A DNA stretch of 63,246 nucleotides, filler included, from Octopus bimaculoides (Eukaryota): assembly GCF_001194135.2 (NCBI RefSeq). It is 5 parts of 5 records of this genome, joined end to end, with 100 filler letters (N's around TTAATTAATTAA, not from the genome) between each part and the next. Parts side by side here need not be neighbours in the genome. Positions count along the whole stretch, not along the records: positions 9,085 to 34,060 come from NC_069010.1; positions 34,161 to 43,209 come from NC_068993.1; 3 more parts are not named here. One strand, given 5' to 3'. The notes beneath the pieces are model-generated. The model worked only from the letters and a program-made list of their open reading frames with translations. It ran no database searches and was not told the origin of the DNA. The position numbers and the translations under genes are program-made. Positions 27,088 through 39,610 of this stretch are shown in pieces. Each line of letters opens with the position of its first letter. The stretch's first letter is position 1.

Positions 27088-27570
27088 CTGGAACGGGACA
27101 AAACAAGAGGTTCCAAAACTAACAACAACAACAACAGTAATAACAACACTGACCGAGAAGTGTAGCTTTCAATAAGGGAAAGGTTGCCAAGCGATGTTGG
27201 GGAGACAAACACAAACACACATACATATGCCCGCTCACGTTTTGGTATGCTGCTATATTTCATGTTGAGAACAATTTAGGTCTTAATAGACACAAGATGT
27301 GATCTATTTCTAGCGCATTAATTGTCCACGTTATTTTTTAAAATATATATATGTACATATATACGACGGGTTTCTTTCAGTTTCCGTGTATCAAATCCAA
27401 TCACAAGGCTTTGGTCGGCCTGAGGCTATAGCAGAAGACATGTGGTTGGTAAGCAAGCTAACTACCACACAGCCACTCCTGCGCCTGCACATTGGGAAAC
27501 ACAAAATAAAAAAGAAAAAACAACAACAAAAAACATAAGTGGATTAGAGGGAGGGAGAGACAGAGACGGG

Positions 27571-27617
<47 letters not shown>

Positions 27618-27625
27618 GATCTTAC

Positions 27626-27679
27626 CTGGCTTCGTATAAGTTTCCTTTAACACACTGTCTGGTGGCTGCTTTTTTATAC
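27626..27679 (-). CDS. cut: cut small exon (GIKKQPPDSVLKETYTKP), 54 nt
   Basis: Acceptor cattgcag, donor GTAAG, phase 1-1, open frame compatible with both neighbours. No recognisable homology. Confidence 0.6.
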
Positions 27680-28283
27680 CTGCAATGTTTAAAAGATTTG
27701 CCTAAATATAATATCAAGACAGTGAGGATGGGACACAGTGGTTGTAGACCCAGTGGTCATTTCAATGCTTGTAGTAGTAGTAGTAGTAGTTGTGTTGCAT
27801 TAGTTGTAGTGGGGTCACTGTAGTACTTCTGCAAGGCTCTTCGGCATGGTCACTGAAACGGGAGGCTTGAAGAAAGAAGCCTGGCATTGCACACAGATGC
27901 GAATGCTTCGAGCAGGTCTTAAGTCTTTCTTTTGCGAAAGCAGTGGTCGTGATGGCGGTCTTCGTAAAAGAAGGACACGTCGCACTGGACAGACATGGCT
28001 GGAGAAGCAAGGGCGAAATGTCCAGCAATCCCCTTCTCCGGAAAACCCATGCGCAGAGACATACAGGTATCGGAGGGTCCAGACAGAGGATGGCAAAAGA
28101 GACCGATAGAATAAGTACTAGGCTTACAAAGAATAAGTCTTGCGGGTGGAAATGACAGGAATGCAAATGATATGTAAATTAGGAATGGAAAAATAGGAAA
28201 TTTAAGCAAAGGGTCGAGGAAATAATTGTAGAAACTGGATTTGAATTGAATGGAGGAGTTGTTGGTGGTGGAACAAACATATA

Positions 28284-28323
<40 letters not shown>

Positions 28324-29848
28324 TGTGTATATATATATATATAGACATACACAAGGGCAAGAATATATACATAGACACATGCAAGAACATGCACAGATGC
28401 GTGCACACACACACACACAAAGATGATACAGACACACTAGAACACAAGAAAAACAAATATAACAGATACACACACACACACACACAAAGGCACAAATGTA
28501 CTCACAAACATATTTTCGAATACACACACATATGTGTGTGTGTATATATATATATCGTTTTTTTTTTACATACACACACACACATCGGAAAATAGAGAGA
28601 TAAACAACACAAAAATGGTAAATGACTTCATGGCACAAAAGAAATCTCTTTAAAAACCTGCTAAAATGATATTCAAAGTGGTTTACAAGATCAGAAAATA
28701 TAATTTCGATGGTGTTAGAGTAAGGATCTGATTCAAAGACATTGCATTTAAAAAAATGTCGGTGAAAACTTTCCAAACATAAATAAAGTGGAACTATTCA
28801 AAAATAGACATAGTTTGCCATCTTTCTCTTTGTTTTGTTTCATTTTGATAAATAAACATTTATTTTATGGTTTATTATTACATATATAGTGGGGGGGGCA
28901 CCAAATTATTTTAAGTGGTTAGGGCCTCTATGGGTCTTAATCCAACCCTGCCCTTGGTCAGTCCTGATGCAACAGAAATGGTAAATGGTTTACAGCACAA
29001 AAGAAATCCCTTTAAAAAGCTGCTAAAATTATATTCAAAGTGGTTTACAAGATCAGAAAATATAATTTCGATGGNNNNNNNNNNNNNNNNNNNNNNNNNN
29101 NNNNNNNNNNNNNNNNNNNNNNNNNNNNNNNNNNNNNNNNNNNNNNNNNNNNNNNNNNNNNNNNNNNNNNNNNNNNNNNNNNNNNNNNNNNNNNNNNNNN
29201 NNNNNNNNNNNNNNNNNNNNNNNNNNNNNNNNNNNNNNNNNNNNNNNNNNNNNNNNNNNNNNNNNNNNNNNNNNNNNNNNNNNNNNNNNNNNNNNNNNNN
29301 NNNNNNNNNNNNNNNNNNNNNNNNNNNNNNNNNNNNNNNNNNNNNNNNNNNNNNNNNNNNNNNNNNNNNNNNNNNNNNNNNNNNNNNNNNNNNNNNNNNN
29401 NNNNNNNNNNNNNNNNNNNNNNNNNNNNNNNNNNNNNNNNNNNNNNNNNNNNNNNNNNNNNNNNNNNNNNNNNNNNNNNNNNNNNNNNNNNNNNNNNNNN
29501 NNNNNNNNNNNNNNNNNNNNNNNNNNNNNNNNNNNNNNNNNNNNNNNNNNNNNNNNNNNNNNNNNNNNNNNNNNNNNNNNNNNNNNNNNNNNNNNNNNNN
29601 NNNNNNNNNNNNNNNNNNNNNNNNNNNNNNNNNNNNNNNNNNNNNNNNNNNNNNNNNNNNNNNNNNNNNNNNNNNNNNNNNNNNNNNNNNNNNNNNNNNN
29701 NNNNNNNNNNNNNNNNNNNNNNNNNNNNNNNNNNNNNNNNNNNNNNNNNNNNNNNNNNNNNNNNNNNNNNNNNNNNNNNNNNNNNAGTAAGTAATTAAGT
29801 AATTAAGTAAGTAATTAAGATATAAATATACACAGCATTTAATTAGGT

Positions 29849-31357
29849 CAGTGGTTCTCAAATGGGGCCCATGCAACCAAAGAGCGAAATGGGGATTCAC
29901 AACAATAATTTAAGGGCCCCTGGAAAATATTTTGCTTTAGCCTCTCTGAGTGGTTGGCGTTAGGAAGGGCATCCAGCTGTAGAAACTCTGCTAAATCAGA
30001 TTGGAGCCTGGTGTTGCCATCCGGTCTCACCAGTCCTGTCAAATCGTCCAACCCATGCCAGCATGGAAAGCGGACGTTAAACGACGACGATGATGATTGG
30101 TTATATATCACAAGAAACAGCTGGGTTCCTTTCTCTAACATTTTCCATAGTTTAATCTACACAAGTTAATGTGTGAAAAACAAAATAGGAATTTTGAAAG
30201 AAGTTTCTATAAAACTAATTCTTAAACATCGAATGGCTATGGGGGGTTCCACCAGAATAAAATAGTAATCAGAGGGGTCCATAGATAAGAAATGGTTGAG
30301 AAANNNNNNNNNNNNNNNNNNNNNNNNNNNNNNNNNNNNNNNNNNNNNNNNNNNNNNNNNNNNNNNNNNNNNNNNNNNNNNNNNNNNNNNNNNNNNNNNN
30401 NNNNNNNNNNNNNNNNNNNNNNNNNNNNNNNNNNNNNNNNNNNNNNNNNNNNNNNNNNNNNNNNNNNNNNNNNNNNNNNNNNNNNNNNNNNNNNNNNNNN
30501 NNNNNNNNNNNNNNNNNNNNNNNNNNNNNNNNNNNNNNNNNNNNNNNNNNNNNNNNNNNNNNNNNNNNNNNNNNNNNNNNNNNNNNNNNNNNNNNNNNNN
30601 NNNNNNNNNNNNNNNNNNNNNNNNNNNNNNNNNNNNNNNNNNNNNNNNNNNNNNNNNNNNNNNNNNNNNNNNNNNNNNNNNNNNNNNNNNNNNNNNNNNN
30701 NNNNNNNNNNNNNNNNNNNNNNNNNNNNNNNNNNNNNNNNNNNNNNNNNNNNNNNNNNNNNNNNNNNNNNNNNNNNNNNNNNNNNNNNNNNNNNNNNNNN
30801 NNNNNNNNNNNNNNNNNNNNNNNNNNNNNNNNNNNNNNNNNNNNNNNNNNNNNNNNNNNNNNNNNNNNNNNNNNNNNNNNNNNNNNNNNNNNNNNNNNNN
30901 NNNNNNNNNNNNNNNNNNNNNNNNNNNNNNNNNNNNNNNNNNNNNNNNNNNNNNNNNNNNNNNNNNNNNNNNNNNNNNNNNNNNNNNNNNNNNNNNNNNN
31001 NNNNNNNNNNNNNNNNNNNNNNNNNNNNNNNNNNNNNNNNNNNNNNNNNNNNNNNNNNNNNNNNNNNNNNNNNNNNNNNNNNNNNNNNNNNNNNNNNNNN
31101 NNNNNNNNNNNNNNNNNNNNNNNNNNNNNNNNNNNNNNNNNNNNNNNNNNNNNNNNNNNNNNNNNNNNNNNNNNNNNNNNNNNNNNNNNNNNNNNNNNNN
31201 NTAATCTACACAAGTTAATGTGTGAAAAACAAAATAGGAATTTTGAAAGAAGTTTCTATAAAACTAATTCTTAAACATCGAATGGCTATGGGGGGTTCCA
31301 CCAGAATAAAATAGTAATCAGAGGGGTCCATAGATAAGAAATGGTTGAGAAACACTA
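29849..31357. mobile_element. hAT (Charlie-type) MITE containing an RTE-tail insertion and an apparently false gap
   Basis: TIRs CAGTGGTTCTCAA and TTGAGAAACACTA, with an exact 8-bp TSD AATTAGGT at 29841-29848 and 31358-31365. Confidence 0.8.
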
Positions 31358-31688
31358 AATTAGGTTAATCCTTATGTTACCAAATTTACTGTGATGATGT
31401 TGATGATAATCATCATCAGCATCATCATGTATATTTATATATATAAATACACAGCACAGAATGAATCTTCTATGCTGGCAAGGCTTGGAGAGTTTGACAA
31501 GAGCTGGCCAGGTAGAAGACTATACCATGCTACAGTGTCTGATTTTAGAGCATCCACCAGCATGGATTCTACTGGGGGGCACAGGGAGCCTGCTGACCAA
31601 ATCTGTGGCTGGTGCAAAGTCCCAGCTAGGTCAAGGGTGACATGGAATGTATTATAGATATTAAAAGTATGTGGAACAAGTGACTCAC

Positions 31689-31873
31689 CGGAATTTTCAG
31701 ATTCTGTTAAATTTAATGGCTGTGAGTCAGAATCTTGGTGCTGCGTTGGTGTGGACCTCTGTTCACTTTTGGCTTTGTCCAGCATCAACAACATCTCGAG
31801 AGACCTTTCAGACGTTGGAGACGATGGTTCTTCATCGTCACACAGCTCGGAGAACTCAGAGGACTTCATTGAA
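31689..31873 (-). CDS. cut: cut/CUX exon (SMKSSEFSEL...RSLEMLLMLDK...ENSG)
   Basis: Strong acceptor ctctcttctccttccag, donor GTGAGT, 185 nt, phase 2-1. Resembles CUX1 ILKSMEF...PLEVLLLEK. In frame with the previous exon. Confidence 0.85.
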
Positions 31874-32011
31874 CTGGAAGGAGAAGAGAGAGAGACAGTC
31901 AAATATGGTGAAATTTCCTATAACTGGCTGGAGAGAGAGCGAGAAGTCTGGACACGAAAGGGGCTTTGACAAGAAATAAGTGGGGTTGTCAAGCCAGAAA
32001 TGGATATGTGA

Positions 32012-32071
<60 letters not shown>

Positions 32072-32305
32072 AAGCAAAGAATTTGTAAAAGGATTGTGGA
32101 GTGGGAGAAGGCAAGAACTGCAGAGATAAGCCAGTATGAAAGGGTGGCGCTCAAACACACACATACACATTCACACAGAACAGCTCTCACACATACACGC
32201 AACGGCTCATGCAAATACACTCACACAGATCAACATAACACAGTTCACACACATAAACACAGGCGCACACACGCACACACAACTAAACAACAGTATAAGA
32301 CTTAC

Positions 32306-32412
32306 ATGAGGTTTTGCTGTAACTCATCAAATTCTTCCTTTGATTTCAACTTGAGTTCCAGGAGATGGAAGGCCTTGTTCTTCCTGCTAATGGCCAACTC
32401 TAGCTTGGAGAT
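32306..32412 (-). CDS. cut: cut/CUX exon, coiled-coil region (ISKLELAISRKNKAFHLLELKLKSKEEFDELQQNL)
   Basis: Pyrimidine tract plus AAG acceptor, GTAAG donor, 107 nt, phase 0-2. Resembles CUX1 [35 protein letters not shown]. Confidence 0.85.
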
Positions 32413-33608
32413 CTTTAAGTAAGGAGTAACAGAAGATTTAGCAACAGAACACAACACACACACACACATATATATAAAAACATAACACACACATCCTCCT
32501 CCTCCTCCTCATCATCATCATCATTCAATGTCCCCTTCTCCATACTGGAATGAGTTGGGTTGCTTGGAAGGACCCAATGGGTCCAAGGAATTCATTAGGC
32601 CCCAACGTCTGCTCCAGCATGGTTTCTATGGCTGGACGCCGTCCCTAACGCCAACCACTTAAATGTGTGTACTAAGTGCTTTTTTCTCATGCCACCAGCA
32701 CAAATGAGGTTGCCATACAGCTCACAAGGCCTATGAAACCTGAGGGGAGGGGCTTTATGCTAGCATATACATGTACATGGATGTTATACAGATACAGTTA
32801 TATATCTATATATATATATATATATATATATCACTCTGAGTGGTTGCTGTCATGAAGGGCATCCAGCTCCCTGCCAAAACAGACACAGTAACCTGGGGTA
32901 GTCTTCTACTTGGCTGGCTTCTGTCAGCCGTCCTGCCCATGCATGCATGGAAGATGGACGTCAAACGATTATATATATATATATATATATACACATACAT
33001 ATACACACTGTGATAAAACTAGAACTTTCTGCTTCAAGTTAAACTGTTACAAAAAAGAAATATTTCATATTTTTTCAATGAGTGGGAAGAAGTTAGCTTC
33101 CCAACCACATGTTTCTGGGTTCAGTCCCACTGCGTGGCACCATGGACAAGTGCCTTCTACTATAGCCTTGGGCTGACCAAAGCTTTGTGAGTGGATTTGG
33201 TAGACGGAAACTGAAAGAATCCTATGTGTGCCTTTGTGGCTGTGTTTGACCTCCACCACTGCTGGTATGTTTATGTTACCCTAACTTAGCAGTTTGGCAA
33301 AACGGATTGATAGAATAAGTACCAAGCTTAACAAAAATACTCGTGAACTGGGGTCGATCCACTTGACTAAAAGTTCTTCAAGGTGGTGCCCCAGCATGGC
33401 CACTATCTAATGACTGAAACAATTAAAGAACAAAAAATATACTCATTTATACATGCTCCTTACACAATTGTGACTGTGGAATATATACATCCATGTACAC
33501 ACCACGTAACAGCAACTCTACATTATAGACACACATTCACATATACACCCGTACTAGTGACTCTGCTATATATAATATATATATATATATATATACATAT
33601 ATACTCAC

Positions 33609-33683
33609 TCGAGCTGACGTTGATTCCTGCAAGCTGTTATATGTAGCTCGTAGTTTCTGTATATCTTCCACAAGTTGACTTAT
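33609..33683 (-). CDS. cut: cut/CUX exon, coiled-coil region (ISQLVEDIQKLRATYNSLQESTSAR); first visible exon, upstream exons absent
   Basis: Acceptor TTACAG, donor GTGAGT, 75 nt, phase 0-0. Resembles human CUX1 [25 protein letters not shown] (recalled). Confidence 0.85.
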
Positions 33684-33719
33684 CTGTAATACAGAAAGAG
33701 ACCGAAATGAATGAACGAC

Positions 33720-33765
<46 letters not shown>

Positions 33766-34002
33766 CGGTGTGAAAGCAAGTTTCTTAACCGCACAGCCAG
33801 GCTCACACATATACATTATCAATCATAGTCAATTAACTGATCCACTTGTATATTCTTTTACCCAAACTCAAGAACCTTGCTACATCTCTCCGTGTGTGTG
33901 TGTGTGTGTGTGTGTGTGAGAGTGTGAGTGTGTGTGTATGTATATATATATATATATATACCGGAGTAAGCATCGTTATCCTTCCTCCATTTCTAACAAA
34001 AT

Positions 34003-34038
34003 TGTCCGATGAATGGGAACGTGAAACTCAGAGTAACG
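34003..34038 (+). ncRNA. Second copy of the minimal hammerhead-like motif
   Basis: UGU-CCGAUGA-AUG GGAA CGU-GAAA-CUC A GAG-UA-ACG. Flanks are homologous to 6360-6445. Confidence 0.45.
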
Positions 34039-34160
34039 TTTTTTTTGTTATATTTCTGCTNNNNNNNNNNNNNNNNNNNNNNNNNNNNNNNNNNNNNNNN
34101 NNNNTTAATTAATTAANNNNNNNNNNNNNNNNNNNNNNNNNNNNNNNNNNNNNNNNNNNN

Positions 34161-34400
34161 GGTGGTGGTGAGCTGGTAGAATCGTGAGCGCATTGGACAA
34201 AATGCGTAGCGGTATTTCGCCCGTTGCTACGTTCTGAGTTCAAATTCCGCCGAGGCCGACTTAGCCTTTCATCCTTTCGGTGTAGATAAATTAAGTAGCA
34301 GTGAAACACTGGGGCTGGTGCAATCCACTGATCCCACCACAAAATTTCAAGCCTTGTGCCTTTAGTAGAAAGGATTATTATTATTATTATTATTATTATT
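34161..34400 (+). mobile_element. tRNA-derived SINE, second family, (ATT)n tail (related copies near 17585, 26670, 34988, 37435, 56510, 62290)
   Basis: Head GGTGAGCTGGTAGAATCG...GAGTTCAAATTCCGCCGAGG and body CCTTTCATCCTTTCGG...GCCTTGTGCC. Confidence 0.8.
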
Positions 34401-34402
34401 AT

Positions 34403-34870
34403 TTACTGTCTCTGCACAGCTTCTATCGCTGGAGATGTACTACGGTGTCAGCTGTTCACTACCAGTGAACTAACGTAACACCCCTTATTTTTCGAGCACC
34501 ATCTGGAATATTCGAGCGGTTCCAAGCAGTGCTGTTTTCTGCAAGTGTCCAACTCTTATTGCAGCCCCTATTTCTACCATGTACTTCTCAAAATTGTTAC
34601 TCACTGTTTCCAGGGCTCCGACAATTATTGGTACTACTACCACCTTTTCCATCGACCACAACTGCTTAACCTCCCAAGCTAACCTGTCATACCTATCGAC
34701 TTTTCTTTCTTCCTTATCGCGTACCTTGTTGTCAGCTGGGCAGGCTATATCTATGATCCAGCATAGTTTGCTTTCTTTCTCAATTAACACTATGTCTGGT
34801 TTCCTATTCTCTTTCTCATGGTTGCACTGAATCATAAAATCCTATAGGATCTTTACATTATCATTTTTTA
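34403..34870 (-). mobile_element. R4/Dong-like RLE non-LTR element, 5'-truncated
   Basis: ORF 34485-34835 reads ENRKPDIVLIEKESKLCWIIDIACPADNKV...VVVPIIVGALE...LQKTALLGTARI (RKPD...D restriction-like endonuclease motif). The 3' end abuts (TAA)n. Confidence 0.88.
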
Positions 34871-34934
34871 TGATTATTATTGTGATTATTATTATCATTA
34901 TCATTACTGTTGTTGTTGTTGTTGTTGCTGCTGC

Positions 34935-34986
<52 letters not shown>

Positions 34987-36101
34987 GAGGCAGCGAGCTG
35001 GCAGAATCGTTAGCGCCCCGGATGTAATGCTTAGCGGTATTTCGCCGCCCGTCGCTACGTTCTGAGTTCAAGTTCCGCCGAGGTCGACTTTACTTTCATC
35101 CTTCAGGATCAATGAAATAAGATCCAGTTGAATTCTGGGGTCGATATAATCGACTCATCCCCACCCTCAAAAATACTACCCTTGTGGCATAATTTGAAAC
35201 CAATATTATCCTTGTTGTTAAAGCGGACCGAGCGTTTAAGCAGCACTGCGTCCGTCTTTATGGTCTAAGTTCAAATGCTGCCGAGGTCAACTTTGTCTTT
35301 GATGCTTTCAGCGTCGTTACAATAAGTACCAGCAACGCACTGAGGTCAATGTAATCGACTAGGCCCTTTCCCAAAATTTCAGGCCTTGTGCCTGTAGTAC
35401 AAAGGGTTTCTATTAGGGTTGTGGGTTGAGAGAATAGTTAACACGCCGGACAAAATGCTGAATATTCGAGCTCAGCCTCCCCTAAAAATTCCTGACCTTG
35501 TGCCAAAATCAGAAGGAATTATTTAATGTCATTCATATTTAAAGTCAGATTTAAGGGACATTTGGTTTCTATTTCTAGTTGGCCAAGGAGACTTGTAGGT
35601 TGATTCGTTTGATCAAGTCTATTGAGAGACGGTGGAGTTTGTTTAAAAGTTGTTTAGTCTAGATACGTCAGCGTATGACTAAGTCAAGGCAAGCGAGAGG
35701 ATTATAATATTTCATTCAGTTTCAGCTTTTTTAAAAGAATGAAAAGGAGGATGGAAAAATCGTTTAAAAAAGGGGGAAAGTAGGAAGAAAAAGGAATGAA
35801 AAATGAAAGTATATAACGAAAAATAATGATTCAAGAAAAACTGAGGTGAAGAAAAATAAATGGAAAATGTCGGAAAAACAAAATGTATGGACGACGGATA
35901 AAAGGTAAGAAAGGCAGGAGAAAAGAAAGGGAAATGGAAAGAGAGGGGGAGAGAGGTAGGGAAAGAGGTATAGAGATACCACAAATGTATGTATATATGT
36001 ATGCGTATATATATGAGTGTGTGTTCGTGTGTGTATATAAGGACATACATACATACATAAGCACATGCGTACATACAAATGGGTAAGCATGAATGTATGT
36101 T

Positions 36102-36159
<58 letters not shown>

Positions 36160-37239
36160 CATACATATATCCAATTTTGCTCAAATTTATATACATACAG
36201 ACATACCAATATATATTTAATAAGGTGTGTGTGTGTGCATAATAGTATGAACTTGCACACGTATTTATGTACATGCGTATACAACACACGTATGTATATA
36301 TGTATGTGTATGTGTGTATAAGACAGAGAGAGAGGGAATATATATATACATATATATATATATANNNNNNNNNNNNNNNNNNNNNNNNNNNNNNNNNNNN
36401 NNNNNNNNNNNNNNNNNNNNNNNNNNNNNNNNNNNNNNNNNNNNNNNNNNNNNNNNNNNNNNNNNNNNNNNNNNNNNNNNNNNNNNNNNNNNNNNNNNNN
36501 NNNNNNNNNNNNNNNNNNNNNNNNNNNNNNNNNNNNNNNNNNNNNNNNNNNNNNNNNNNNNNNNNNNNNNNNNNNNNNNNNNNNNNNNNNNNNNNNNNNN
36601 NNNNNNNNNNNNNNNNNNNNNNNNNNNNNNNNNNNNNNNNNNNNNNNNNNNNNNNNNNNNNNNNNNNNNNNNNNNNNNNNNNNNNNNNNNNNNNNNNNNN
36701 NNNNNNNNNNNNNNNNNNNNNNNNNNNNNNNNNNNNNNNNNNNNNNNNNNNNNNNNNNNNNNNNNNNNNNNNNNNNNNNNNNNNNNNNNNNNNNNNNNNN
36801 NNNNNNNNNNNNNNNNNNNNNNNNNNNNNNNNNNNNNNNNNNNNNNNNNNNNNNNNNNNNNNNNNNNNNNNNNNNNNNNNNNNNNNNNNNNNNNNNNNNN
36901 NNNNNNNNNNNNNNNNNNNNNNNNNNNNNNNNNNNNTATATATATATATATATATGTCTTTCTATATATATGTCTATCTAGCTATCTATTTGTAGGTTTC
37001 TATCTTTCATTCTATCAATTTGCCTGACTTTCTATCTCCGATCGTACGACATCTGTATGTATGTATGTATGTATGCATGAATGTATGCATTTATGTATGT
37101 ATGTATGTATGCATGTATGTATGTATGTTTGTACGTATCTTTGCATGTACCTATGTTTGTATGTACGTATGTATATATATGTACGTATATATCTGTCTGT
37201 CTAGGAACACGTATATATACCTACTTCTTACAGTCTTTC

Positions 37240-37332
<93 letters not shown>

Positions 37333-39271
37333 CTCTGACACACATAATATCTGTCTTATAAATTTTCAAAGAATCTAACTCAGAAATTTATAAAAGAGTT
37401 CTTGCAAGTCTAGAAAATCCGTAACGCATCCATCGTCTTCACGCCGGGCAAAATGCTTACCGATATTTTGTCGGTCTTTACGTTCTGAGTTCAAATTCCG
37501 CCGAGGTCGATTTTATCTTTAATCTATCGAGGTCGATAAAATAAGTACCAGTTGAGTACTTATTACCTCCCTTGAATTTTCTGGCCTTATGCCAAAATTT
37601 GAAACCAGAATTACATGTCTGAGTGTTCACGTATGTATGCTGCACCGGGTGTCATGCATGAATGAGACATTATGCCTACTTTCAGAGTTGCTGGGCGAAC
37701 GCATTACAGATTTTGCTTCTTGCTTCCTTTCCCTAATGAGTGAAGGCATGTGGCTTGGGGAATAGGGTGTCGGGCTCATAATTGTAAGATTTTGGTTTCA
37801 ATTCCTGAACCGGACGATGCGTTATATTCTTGAGCAAAACACTTCATTTCACCTTGCTTCAATCCACTCAGCTGGAAAAAAAATTAGTGACCCTGTGATG
37901 GACCGGCGTTCATCCAGAGGGTGAATATACACGCCAGAGAAATCAGAAACCCGGCCCTATGATTCTATATGGCCGGAGAAAGAACTTTATCCCGTATCCT
38001 ATCTAATTAAGAGCACTAATTTCTGTGATTATATTTTATTAGGGATTCAAACACGTAATATGAACAAAGATAAGCGAGCCTTTATTGTTTAAGGTTTAGT
38101 TTAACCCTAAAACTGCAAAACATTATGCATTCTGGGAACACATACACTTAACGTTTCCATCCCTCCTTGAAACAACACCCACATTGAATTTTAAAATGGT
38201 TGCTTGATGTTAACAAACGGCCTTGTGGACAGCTTCAGAGATGACGATTCGGTACTTCAGAATGCATTGAAGTAGCCGTTGTTCTTTCAAGAGTCTGAGA
38301 GAGATATTGGTTTTAAAAACAGACAGAATAGAACACAAAGAATTGACGAGGCGTAATTGTTTTATGATACCTTCAGCATTCTCTCACATGCATCATGAAG
38401 ACGGTGGTTATGAGATTTGGTAGCCCTGTGATGAAATCAAATGACAATTTCGTGCGAGGATTTTCACTGCTATCGCTTCATGACTCGCTCAGTCTCATGA
38501 ACACGCCTGCGCTCTTGTCAGGATTTATTGCAACGCTATGCGATATGTTTATAAAGACAACGCTGAAAGACTAAGCAACATAAAAAGTAACTTCTTATGA
38601 ATTTGGATGGTCCACATTTGAACAATTGCGCAATGATACTGGGTCAAATGTCTTACGTCATGTCTGACTAAAACAACAATGCTGAAGGACTATACTGTTG
38701 GTGAAGATATGTTTGTCCCCCAAAATCCCAGTCATTCCCAGTAAAATCTCATTTGTTTTTAAAACTCTGAAGGTCCTTGTTAGTATATGTTTTGCCATGT
38801 CCGTCAACAAATCCCCAAAAATCAAACGGTAAAGCGGCTGAATTAATGCTGGATCATCTCTAATTCTATCACTCTTCGTTGGTTTCTCTGTTGGATAGAT
38901 ATCGATGGTGTAGAGAGATAAAACTTGAATTTCTCAAAAAGTTGCGTCCAGATTTACACAAACACGTTGCAGAAAAATGGTCAATATTGACCATCAGAGA
39001 CACTACAAACCGATTAATTCATGTGACCAAACTGAAAAATAAAGTATCTTGTCGTTTATGAAAAGGGAATTAACAGCGTGAATGTGTAGTGGATGAGAAT
39101 CGAAACCAAGGCGCCGTAAAAGGTTACGTTTTACCTCTGCATTGACATACACACTTCATAATAACCCGCACATCATCTCTTATTCCTCCAACTTCACATT
39201 CTGTTTGTCTTTTACTTCAGTTCCTTTAGTCAGACTGTTTGTCTGCTTGTCTCTGTCTCTCTCTTTCTCTG

Positions 39272-39302
<31 letters not shown>

Positions 39303-39345
39303 GTCTGTCTGTCTGTCTGTCTGTCAGTCTATCTATCTGTGTGTG

Positions 39346-39397
<52 letters not shown>

Positions 39398-39552
39398 TTT
39401 CTTTTCTCACTTTCACTGCTCGACTCTAGATTCAACTCCATACAAATGGCCATTTTTACAGTAGCAAGAGCAAAAACAATCGCTGAAACACTCCCAAAAC
39501 ATTGAAGAGAAACCTGAACAAATCATGAAATGAAGAAAGGTAGGTTTTGGTA

Positions 39553-39610
39553 AGGAGAATGGGCTAAGCAGGAGAATGGGCTAAGCAGGAGAATGGGCTA
39601 AGCAGGAGAA
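39553..39610. repeat. 17-bp tandem repeat
   Basis: AGGAGAATGGGCTAAGC x3 exact plus a partial copy. Confidence 0.9.

Noticed and set aside
39413-39513. Minus-strand exon-like segment with good AG and GTGAG sites
   Set aside because: Its ATG-containing frame ends in phase 1 and cannot join the phase-0 cut exon at 33683. No CUX similarity.
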